Source: Candidatus Obscuribacterales bacterium (GTDB lineage: Bacteria; Cyanobacteriota; Vampirovibrionia; Obscuribacterales; Obscuribacteraceae). From it: 64,000 bases of DNA. Each line of letters opens with the position of its first letter. The stretch's first letter is position 1. The stretch spans positions 1,760,001 to 1,824,000 of the forward strand of contig CBDDIJ010000002.1 in the NCBI GenBank assembly GCA_965228855.1. The letters are read 5' to 3'. This document shows positions 30,335 to 39,800 of this stretch, piece by piece. A program made the position numbers and the translations under genes. The notes under the pieces were generated by a model. It searched no databases, was not told the DNA's origin, and was given only the letters and a program-made list of their open reading frames with translations.

Positions 30335-31621
30335 ATGAAAACTAGATCTGAGTTCAGTTTAGCAACTAAACGAAGTTTGGCTAACGCTGCTAACAATCAG
30401 TGCAGTTATCTGAATTGTCCAATGAGAACGAGTGGTCCAGATCTGGGTTCCGGAGGTTCGCTTCGTCTGGGAAAAGCCGCGCATATTTACAGCGCTTCGC
30501 CTTGTGGTCCCCGTGGTCAAGGCGGCTTGAGTCGCGAAGAGTTAAAGCATCATCAAAATGGAATTTGGCTTTGTGCTGATCACGCAACGTTGATAGACGA
30601 GAACAATGGAGTTGGTCATCCGGCAGCAAAGCTATTTAGTTACAAACGATTGCACGAGCACCGTGTGCAGAAGGAAATATTAGGCACTTGCAAAGCAATC
30701 GGCTGGATTGATGAAATCGAGCTCGTTCACACGCCTTTATTCGAGCCAGGTTCGAAAATTCGGCTTGGGAAGTTAAGTTTGGTCTTCGGTAATAATAGTT
30801 TAGGAAAGTCTACTTTAGCGAAATTTCTGGGCAGCTACTTTGACGTCGAAATGCTCGGGCAGTGGAAAAAAGATCAGAATGCTCCCCTGGAATTTAGGAT
30901 GAACTATTACTGCCCCGATCCTGTCACTGTAGGCTTTTCGAAACAAAAAGGCTTGGCTGGGCGATACGAAATCGGAGGCGAATTTTTCTCAAAAAACCCA
31001 GTTCACTGCAGAATAATTTTGGTACCGGAGTTTTCTGAGGATTTTAATGGGTCTGCGATAGCACACATCTCGCACATACTTGATTTACCGGAATGGGAAA
31101 TTGTAAGTCTGATTGAATCAGCAAATTCGTTTCCCTTCTCGAATTTGAAGAATTACCAGGTCTCAAAACCTACAAAGCACGGGAGCTTCGATGAACTTTC
31201 GGTTCATGCCTATGAAGAGAACTTCTCCGTCGTCTTCCGCAATCTCTCGACGACGGAGAAGCAATTTGCAATTATGGATCTTGCAACAGCACTTGCAAGA
31301 AAAACTTCTATTTATCAACCAACTCTCCTTTTTCTTGACTGTAACTTAATAAGCAACGAGGAGGTGTTCAGAAGATTCGAATCGCTTTTGCTCGCGCGAG
31401 AAAACCAATTTCAAACGATTTTGACAGCTCGCTTAAATGGCATCGATCTAGCTGATGTCCAATGGCGAGGCTGGGAGGTTGTTCGCTTGTATCGAGAATC
31501 GTCTGGGTTGACGAAGATATCACAAGACCCCAAGATGAAAGTAGCACCTGAAATACTGAAATTGACTCCCCGCAGGCCGGGTAATTGGAGTGAAAGGAAA
31601 TTGAGTATCGACGACGTTTAG
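30335..31621 (+). CDS. HNH-like nuclease domain fused to a P-loop/ABC-type ATPase
   Basis: CSYLNC...AAHIYSASPCGPRG...NGIWLCADHATLID; Walker A GNNSLGKST; LSTTEKQ signature-like motif; LLFLD Walker B. Confidence 0.75.
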   Translation: MKTRSEFSLATKRSLANAANNQCSYLNCPMRTSGPDLGSGGSLRLGKAAHIYSASPCGPRGQGGLSREELKHHQNGIWLCADHATLIDENNGVGHPAAKLFSYKRLHEHRVQKEILGTCKAIGWIDEIELVHTPLFEPGSKIRLGKLSLVFGNNSLGKSTLAKFLGSYFDVEMLGQWKKDQNAPLEFRMNYYCPDPVTVGFSKQKGLAGRYEIGGEFFSKNPVHCRIILVPEFSEDFNGSAIAHISHILDLPEWEIVSLIESANSFPFSNLKNYQVSKPTKHGSFDELSVHAYEENFSVVFRNLSTTEKQFAIMDLATALARKTSIYQPTLLFLDCNLISNEEVFRRFESLLLARENQFQTILTARLNGIDLADVQWRGWEVVRLYRESSGLTKISQDPKMKVAPEILKLTPRRPGNWSERKLSIDDV

Positions 31622-31694
31622 AAATTGCGGATTGTGAAAGCTCACATCTGCCCCTTCTTCTACGACGCACAGAGCTAGTTACGTGAGGCGCGCG

Positions 31695-34238
31695 ATGCGA
31701 TACAGGCTGGATGAATTAGGATGGCACCAATTCGAAAATCTATGCCAATCCCTTCTTAAAGCGAAATTTGGTGACGCGATTGAGTCTTGGGGAGGAAGCC
31801 GAGATATAGGCAGAGACGCCTATTGTTCTAGGCCAATTGAGCTGGTCAAGGGAGTGTCTTCCGCTGCTCCGCTCGTGTTTCAAGTGAAGTTTGTTAACGC
31901 TGCGAATTCCGCCGGTGCGAATTGGAATAGCTTATTGAATTCAGCTGTCCGAAAAGAATGTGCCCTGCTCAAAGCGAAAAGGGAACAGCGCATGGTGGAA
32001 GAGATTAAGGAATACATTCTCATTTCGAATGGCGTCTACACGCCAGAACTTCGAGCTGAAGTCTGCGGCATCATTAAACAGTCGTTGCCTCATGCGAATG
32101 TCACCGCATTCGGTGGCAACGACGTTTGTGATTGGTTAGATGACCGTCCAAATATTCGTTGGTCGTTTCCCCAGCTCGTCAGCCTCCGAGATATCGAACT
32201 GCTTCTCGCAGATCGGGTGCGATTTTCAGTGCATAAGTTGGTCTTGGAACGAAGTTCCATTCAACTGGAGTTGGCTCGAAGTCAAGCCGCGGCTTTTGTG
32301 CCCACGAAAACATATTTTAAGGCACTTAATGTGTTGAGGAGTCATAAATTTTTAGTTCTCAGCGGGCCGCCAGAGGTTGGCAAGACTACGATTGCGCGAA
32401 TGATAGGGCTGAATGCGCACTATCTCGGTTGGCAATGCTATGAGGTTCACAGCCCAGACGAAATGCTCACGATTATTGAGAGAAATTCCCGGAGTGGAGC
32501 CGGTAGCGAGGAGAAGATTCCGCCTCAACTATTCATTGCTGATGATGCATTTGGTACCACTGAATACGACGAGGATTTCGCGCGAGATTGGACAAAGGAT
32601 CTGGACAAGGTTATTGGAGTCCTTGATTCGAGGCACTTAATGATCTGGACATCACGCTCCGCGCCGTTAGCCCACGCACTGGAGTATCTTCGGTTGCAAG
32701 GACCCGCAGAGCGCTTCCCGGATCCTGCGAAAGTCGTAGTCGATTCTAGCGACCTCGTGCTGGAAGAAAAAGCGCTCATTCTTTATAGGCACGCCAAATA
32801 CGCAAACTTGGAAGACCAAGCCAGACAGATTCTGCGGACTCATGCCTATACGATTGTTAGCGACGAACATTTTACTCCCGAGCGGATCAGGCGATTTGTT
32901 CACACTGACCTTGGAACCATCACTGGAACTGTTGGTATTGAAGAGCATAAGGTTGAATCTGCGATTGCTCGCCAACTGAGAGATCCAACAAAATCGATGC
33001 GTCAGTCTTTCAGAAGTCTCAGTGAGTACCGACAAAGGTTCTTGGTTTCTCTTCTAGACTGTGCTTCTCATGCGGTTGTGCCACAAGATGCTTACGACGC
33101 GTTTTTGCGAATCTTCGGAGATGTCGTAGACAAGCGCCCGCCTCTAATTGCAGAAGACCTTGATGAACAATTCATCAGATTGGTTCGAGGACCGAAACAT
33201 GGCTCCCGATCTGAACTTGTCTATGAATGGGTGCATCCAAGTTGGCGAGACTTGTTAATCGATCACTTGGTGGATCATCGATTGACTCGGCAGCGTTTTT
33301 TAGGACGCTGTTCCGTTTCTGGTATCGCACTTTCCCTTTCTTCGGCGGGTGGTGCCGCTGGTCGTCGGAGTTTTCCGCTGGTTATTGAAGATTCTGATTG
33401 GAATTGTCTGACGTCGAATGTTTCCGCTTTAGTCCCCAATTTAAAGGCTAAAGATCTTGAAAGGCTTCTGTTTATTGTCAGTGCGGCGTTTAAGCATTCT
33501 TCTCAAGGCGATGAGCAGGAGAGACGACTATTCGAGCTCGCATCAGCTTGTATTCATGCGTCGTCTCTCGCGTGGGCACAGAGGCGAGCCTATGCGACAA
33601 CAAATGCGCTTCGGTCATATTATTCGATTTGCAGATCGACGAAGATCACGTTGGATCCTGGATTAAGCGGAATCTGGACGGAAGTATTTTTTGACTTGGT
33701 TGAACTGGTCATTGAGGGTACTGATTTCGAAGTTCTAACCGATGAGCTGGGTTCGATCGCTGAATATATTCGACTGACACAGGATGAGAGTCCTCAGTTC
33801 TTCGATCGGATCGTAGCAGGTGGTAAAGCTCAAAGGGAAATCCTTGATCTGGCGTTGGACGTCTTTGAGGACGAGGCGGAATCTGAGTATGAGTCTTGGG
33901 GCCGCGACAACGATACCAGAGAGTCATGCAAAGTTCGCTTCAAGAAATCTGTAAAGGATCTTGAGACTATCGCACGACTAGCTCCTGAATTTTCTGAAAA
34001 GATTTCCAAATCCAAGAAAAGATGTGTTGCTTACATCCAGGACATCGAGGAGCAAGAAGCTGAAGAAGAGGAGGAAGAACGGAAAAACACGGACGAACAG
34101 TTTTTTGATGACGACGATAGCGAAGATGTTTTTTTTCAGCGTGGATCAAATAGGATCACAGCGGCTATACAGAAGCCGGTCGTTCAGGAACAGCTTCCTC
34201 CCCAGCGAATCGTCTCGGATTTGTTCGAGGATTTGTAG
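31695..34238 (+). CDS. Restriction-endonuclease-fold domain + STAND-type (nSTAND3-like) NTPase
   Basis: FENLCQSLL...GGSRDIGRDAY...FQVKF (PD-(D/E)xK type); Walker A GPPEVGKTT; LFIADDAFG; WTSR; helical and acidic C-terminus. Confidence 0.8.
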   Translation: MRYRLDELGWHQFENLCQSLLKAKFGDAIESWGGSRDIGRDAYCSRPIELVKGVSSAAPLVFQVKFVNAANSAGANWNSLLNSAVRKECALLKAKREQRMVEEIKEYILISNGVYTPELRAEVCGIIKQSLPHANVTAFGGNDVCDWLDDRPNIRWSFPQLVSLRDIELLLADRVRFSVHKLVLERSSIQLELARSQAAAFVPTKTYFKALNVLRSHKFLVLSGPPEVGKTTIARMIGLNAHYLGWQCYEVHSPDEMLTIIERNSRSGAGSEEKIPPQLFIADDAFGTTEYDEDFARDWTKDLDKVIGVLDSRHLMIWTSRSAPLAHALEYLRLQGPAERFPDPAKVVVDSSDLVLEEKALILYRHAKYANLEDQARQILRTHAYTIVSDEHFTPERIRRFVHTDLGTITGTVGIEEHKVESAIARQLRDPTKSMRQSFRSLSEYRQRFLVSLLDCASHAVVPQDAYDAFLRIFGDVVDKRPPLIAEDLDEQFIRLVRGPKHGSRSELVYEWVHPSWRDLLIDHLVDHRLTRQRFLGRCSVSGIALSLSSAGGAAGRRSFPLVIEDSDWNCLTSNVSALVPNLKAKDLERLLFIVSAAFKHSSQGDEQERRLFELASACIHASSLAWAQRRAYATTNALRSYYSICRSTKITLDPGLSGIWTEVFFDLVELVIEGTDFEVLTDELGSIAEYIRLTQDESPQFFDRIVAGGKAQREILDLALDVFEDEAESEYESWGRDNDTRESCKVRFKKSVKDLETIARLAPEFSEKISKSKKRCVAYIQDIEEQEAEEEEEERKNTDEQFFDDDDSEDVFFQRGSNRITAAIQKPVVQEQLPPQRIVSDLFEDL

Positions 34239-34346
34239 ACGATTGGCGCGCATTGCATCATCAAAAATCGAACTATCTGACGTAAATTGCCTCATTTAAA
34301 ATCGAACCCTTACAACCTCCCTCGGGACTAGAAGGGTTCATCAAAA

Positions 34347-34709
34347 ATGAGTTTGAGTTCGAGAAAAGAATTGTTGGAGCGCATTCAGAGCGTATATGCA
34401 CAGAGTTCGTATAAGGAGAAGAACCAGGTGCTGACTGCGTTTGTGCAGGCGACTGGCTACCGAAGAAAATATGCAATCACTCTGCTCAATCAGACTAAGG
34501 AACTGAAGCAGCAGAAGCGCGCTGACGTCGCGACTCGAAAGAAAATTTACGGCGAGGAAGTTCTCCAGGCGATTTTAACGGTTTGGCGTGCGGCCAACGA
34601 AACCTGTCCTAAACGGCTCATCCCATTTTTGCCGAAGTCTGTCGAGTCGCTGGAAAAGCACGGACATCTATCACTGACCGCAATTTCTCTTGACGCCAAT
34701 CATGTTTAG
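34347..34709 (+). pseudogene. Truncated transposase (N-terminal part of an rve/integrase-core IS family)
   Basis: SRKELL...Y...EK..VL.AFV.ATGYRRKYAI.LL...YG...VW.A...CPKRL.PFLP is the typical N-terminus. The catalytic DDE domain is absent. Confidence 0.75.
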
Positions 34710-34838
34710 CTTGGCGATAAAACTGTTCAATACAACAGTGCTTAGAAACGCTGGTCCTATCACAATACGAGGGTGAGTCCGGAACTTTAATGCGTAGAGT
34801 TCGGTATAATTTAGTTGCTGCCTGTGAGGTCACGCTCG

Positions 34839-36212
34839 ATGTCAGACAAACCGCTCAAAAGTCGCGGCGAAAGAGTGGATAAAGAATCGAAGCTAGAACA
34901 GCCGGCAGATGTCGCGCAGGCGAGAACTTCTGACGGTGTGACGTTACAGTCTCTGCGTGATAAAAACGAGAACGTTTGGCGAAGCGAAGGCGGGCTATTT
35001 GCCATCGTTGATAGCGAGAAAACTATTGCGAAGCAAAAGGCTAGTCCGTCAGATGTTCAATCGGTGAGTCCATCAACCGCAAATGAATGGAAAGCATTTT
35101 CAACTCTCAGTATTGAACAACGAGAAAAAATCATCCAGGCGTTCGCGGACGGATCGAAGGTCGGACAGAGCGAATATACAGAACAGATTCAAGCGGTTTC
35201 TGAATCTATACCTAAAGGTTTCTACAACGTCGGAAAGTCGGTTTTAGACAGTTTCTTCGCGGTTGGACAATTCGTCTACGACGTTTATTTTAACAAGCCT
35301 GCAGCCGAAAAAACTGGCGCACAGGTCGGGGAGTCAATCGGCAAAGCGATTATTGGCGGTCTAAAGCTCGGTGAGTTTTTAAGAGAGTACGCGGTCAGCG
35401 TTCAACAAACTGGTGATTACAACAAACCAGTTTCTGATTTTGTCACCGTTGTTGATGGAATGAACCGATGCTGGAATCGCATGCCGCTGGCGACGCGCAC
35501 GGAGAGAGTTAGTGAACTCCTTGCCGGTTTATCTCTCGCTGGTGTTGGCGCCGAGCGACTCACAAAGTCTGGCAGCATTCTTCAATTTTTTGACGAGCTT
35601 ACGGATCTGTCGACGGTCGCGAAGACTGGCAAAGTTGATTCGGCGCAAAAGATCAAAAACTTCTTTTCGAAACTCGCTGATGAAAGTCGGCACGAAATTA
35701 AACATCCGATTCAGACTAATGAACTCTCTCCCGATGAGCTTCTGCTTGCGTTGGCTGGTAGCAAGGGCAAACCGCCGTGGAATGTTTTTAAGCTGCGCAA
35801 ATCTGCTGATGTTGTGCAACAGGTGCACGATCAATCCTGCGTTTCTGCGGTCGGGGAAATGCTCTCCGGTGGAAAAATTAAACAGTCGAGTCTGATTGAA
35901 AAATTGGGAACTGAGAAAGTGGATGCGCGTAGGCTTGCGCCCGAGCTTGGAGGCGAGTGGGAAGGTCATTACGTCGGCGTGCTTTCCGATGCGCAAGTTC
36001 GAGATATTTGCAAATTCGGACCGTTTGGTGCGACATTGAAGGCCTTTGGAGCTGATGCGCATATGGTTGTAGTTGATGGTTTGTCCAAACAGGGACGCTT
36101 GCTTATTCGCGATCCGGCTCACGGACACCGATATGAAATGACTGTTGACGATTTTTCGGAACTTTGCCAGGCCGTCGTAAGCCGAGCGAAACTAACAGGG
36201 AGAAAGGCATGA
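34839..36212 (+). CDS. Polymorphic-toxin-like protein with a C-terminal papain/C39-like cysteine peptidase
   Basis: QQVHDQSCVSAVGEML (Cys), HMVVVDG (His), IRDP (Asp); helical pre-toxin middle region. Confidence 0.7.
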   Translation: MSDKPLKSRGERVDKESKLEQPADVAQARTSDGVTLQSLRDKNENVWRSEGGLFAIVDSEKTIAKQKASPSDVQSVSPSTANEWKAFSTLSIEQREKIIQAFADGSKVGQSEYTEQIQAVSESIPKGFYNVGKSVLDSFFAVGQFVYDVYFNKPAAEKTGAQVGESIGKAIIGGLKLGEFLREYAVSVQQTGDYNKPVSDFVTVVDGMNRCWNRMPLATRTERVSELLAGLSLAGVGAERLTKSGSILQFFDELTDLSTVAKTGKVDSAQKIKNFFSKLADESRHEIKHPIQTNELSPDELLLALAGSKGKPPWNVFKLRKSADVVQQVHDQSCVSAVGEMLSGGKIKQSSLIEKLGTEKVDARRLAPELGGEWEGHYVGVLSDAQVRDICKFGPFGATLKAFGADAHMVVVDGLSKQGRLLIRDPAHGHRYEMTVDDFSELCQAVVSRAKLTGRKA

Positions 36213-36703
36213 AGCCAGTTGCTTTATTCGTATCCGGCGATGACGAGTACACGATGCAGTTCGAAGAAAACGGCGAACGCTCGTTCTGTGCGTTGAGTTT
36301 AAAAGACGAGTCGTTTCAGTTTGAGCAGAACTGCACTTCTACAGAGGCCGAGAAGGAATTGGTGTTGGCGTGCGTCGAAGCGTTTCACGAGTCGCGTCGC
36401 ACGCTTTTTGAAAACTCGGAACCGATGGTTTCGGTAGTTAGCGGCAATCCAGTAGTGAGTACCAAAAAGAGTTTGAGTCCGAAGCGGTTTGAGGTAGGAA
36501 AGGAACTTAGCGAGTTTCGTGCGGACATCGATTGTGAGGGGCGTCCAACAAGTTACGATTTTAAAGTGGTCGATAACGGCGTCTACATTGGTATCGATGG
36601 CGATGAGAATTTTTGGCGAGACATTGGGGGTGAGCTGAATACGGCGAAGCCGCTGTTCAAGGCACTTACCGCGTTCTATAAATTGCGATGTGGGCAGTTA
36701 TAG
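36209..36703 (+). CDS. Putative immunity protein
   Basis: ATGA overlap with the toxin stop; acidic; two internal repeats each ending A..F...R. Confidence 0.6.
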   Translation: MKPVALFVSGDDEYTMQFEENGERSFCALSLKDESFQFEQNCTSTEAEKELVLACVEAFHESRRTLFENSEPMVSVVSGNPVVSTKKSLSPKRFEVGKELSEFRADIDCEGRPTSYDFKVVDNGVYIGIDGDENFWRDIGGELNTAKPLFKALTAFYKLRCGQL

Positions 36704-36807
36704 GTTCGATATGTCTTAAAAGGACGAACTGTTCGACAAGATGTGCAGCTGTTCTGAGGTCGAATACCGTGAACCGGAGTCGTAAAACGACCATCCACTG
36801 AGCTCGA

Positions 36808-39800
36808 TCAATTCGACTCCGCCCGCACGTTGCTGCCGGTGGTGATGACGATGTCACCGGCGCCTTGATCGTTGAAGTAAACGCTTCGTTTTATTGCAGT
36901 AATCGAAGCGGGACCGACGGGCACCACGCCGCCGGGACCGAATCTAACTTTGCCGCCGCGTTCTTCATTGACTGTAAGGAACGTCGTCGGTGCATTATTT
37001 GCGTTCGTCTTTTGGAGCTTGCCGATTGCGATAATTATGTCTTTGCTTTTGCCGGAAGTTTCGACTTGGTCGCCAAGGATAATATCGCCATTTGTGGTGT
37101 CAGTGTTTAAAAGCGAAACTCCACCATTCTGCGCCTTGAGCGGACCCGAGACAGTCAGTGTTCCGCCATTGGCGGTCAATGTTATCGAACCCCTTTCCGT
37201 GGTCGCTCCGTTGACGTTGAGTCCTTGAGCGGCGCTCAAGGTCAAACTTTTTGCGACTGCAGTGTTCTGCAATTCTATTTCACCGTTATAAACGCTGGTC
37301 ACTTTGGCCGCACCGCCAGTAGTGCTTAGTTCGAGAATTGGCGCGTTTACGAAGAAATCTTTTCGGCCGATGTCGCGCGATTCGGTTTTGAGCGTAATGG
37401 AGTTCGATGCGCTCAGCACCGCATTCTTAGGGATCTCTATAGAATTTTTTCCGTAAGTTCGGAGTGCCAGGTCGCCAACGATCAATGAGGATGGGTCGGC
37501 AATTTCGATGGCACCCAGGGTGTTCTCTACAAATACCTTGCCCACCGTTAAGGTTCCAACAACTGCGTTGGTTGGAGTTCTGCTATTACCGACAGTCGCC
37601 AGTGAAGTGATCGTGAATGGAGTTTTACTTTCAGTGTGAATATTCAAGGCGCCGGCAGCCAAATCCTCATAAATTAGAACCTCCCCTGGTCTGCCACCGC
37701 TGGAGTTGGCCGTCAGGTTTATTGTGTCAGTCAGACCGACCCTCAGCCCGCCCGCGTCGACTACCAAACTTCCGACCGCCGACAGGTTCACAACGCCGCC
37801 ATCGGAGCTCGATAGTGGCATGAACGTTTTTGCCTCGATGTAGAGGTCAGCGCCGCCGCTGTTGCTAACGAATAAATTTCCCGGTGAAGAGAAATTGATC
37901 GTTCCTGCGCGTCTAAGTCCATTCGCAATCAGCTGCAAAGGTCCGAAGGACGTGGATATTAATGGAGCGTTTATCGTGATTGACCCGCCGAGATCGGACA
38001 CTTCATACGCGTATAACGAATTTCCCGTCAGCGATATCGAGCCTTCCGTTTGAATATTCAAAAGATGGGGCTGAATCCCTCCGATCGTGATTGGAGCGGT
38101 CTTGTTCCGGATGTCTACCGAAAAAGCATCAAGGTGGAAAATGCTGATCGGTCCGTTCGTCAGCTCTCCCCCTCGAAAACTTATGAAGCCGGGACCTGTT
38201 GATTCTCCGTTCCTGTAATAAACCAAACCAAGAGTATTCGCAACACCGGCCCGAATAGAGGCATCACCGCCAAGTGGCAATTCCCAAGAACTGGCTGTGA
38301 CGTAGCTGGTGAGATTTATTCCTTCGGGAGCGGTGATCGAAATGGTGCCTCCTTGCCCCGATATCGCATTCGAATCAATGTTACCAGTCAAGATGATAGT
38401 TCCAGTGGCAGCAATTGAAACATCACCCGCGTTGCCACCAGCAGCGGTGCTGCTGGTGTTGTAGAAACCAGAACCATAAATATTTCCAACGCGAGAAGAA
38501 AGGCTGACGTTAAACAGTTGAGACGTTTGAATTTGGCCGGAGCCCGCGCCGGAGAGGTCGTATCCAGCAAGTATTGTCAGGCTGCCGCCATCGCCTGTCG
38601 AACTCGAAAGGTCAATGTGATAATAGCTAAGGTCGACATTGTCGCGCGCTGCAATCACCAGGTCTCGTCCACTGAAGACTAGGTTGTTCTTCAGGACAAC
38701 ATCGCCATCAGGATTGATAATCGCGGTTCCGGCGAAAGCCAAGTTGTTGCCCGTGATGTTTCCGTTGCCTTGCTGAATCCAGGTTCCGGCGCCTATAGTC
38801 ACGTTGTTGGCACCGACGAAAAGCGATCCGTTTGCAGAAATAAGCTCAGCTGTCGAATCCAATTCAACGTCTCCGGACAGATTCATCGTGCCTTCCAAAA
38901 TCAAATCGCCGCCGGTGAATGCGGCCAATCTGATTGCAGGAGGCGAACTTGGTGAACCGGGTGGTCCCGGCAGAGGCGATGTCGCAGTGAGACTTCCGCC
39001 GATGCCACCATCGACCCAGAGTTCATCGCGTGGCGAACTAATATTGATTGATGCCGCCGTCAAATTGTTTCCGTTAGCTGAAAATCTGCGAGTGGCTATG
39101 TTCACGGTGCCGGTTGTGTTGATGCCGCCTAGATATGAAACACCTTCCAGCACGGAACCATCAAGAGAAAGTCTCAAACTCTGTGTTGGGCCGATTGACC
39201 CGAGTTTGAGTGGTGACAAACCGTTGTTGAAGATGATGGTGCCCTCTCCCTGGCCTATTAGAGTGCCGACGCCGTTTCCAACCGACAAATCGGCATCACG
39301 TGGATTTGAGCCCACCAGGTTAATCGTCAATGTGCCATCAGCTGGTGTGAACATTCGTCCAAGCGTTTGCGAAATTCCGTTTGGTGCGGACAGCGTGATA
39401 TCTTGTGCCATCAGATTAGAACCAAGCGCAATTGAGTTTTCCGCGGCAATCGTGATTGAACCTTGTGCGGTCGTTGTCTCGTATAGGTTCGAGAAGTTGA
39501 CAGCGTTTATTTGAATGTTCGCCGCGGACTTCAACGCACCTTGAAGCACAACGTCACCAATGACGGTGCCGGTGTCCAACCCGCCACTTAAAACTGCGCC
39601 TGTGGTGCTATCGATTGCGAACGGTCCGACGACCTGCGGCTGGCTGGCGTGGATTATTATCGAGCCGGTTCCGGTCGTTGTACCAACCGTCGTATCAACC
39701 CGGCCCAGTTGCATGCCACCACCGGCGATGAACGTTATAGTTCCGTTGGGTTGACCGTCACCTACGGCAATGATCGAAGAATTGAATGGCAGATTGATCT

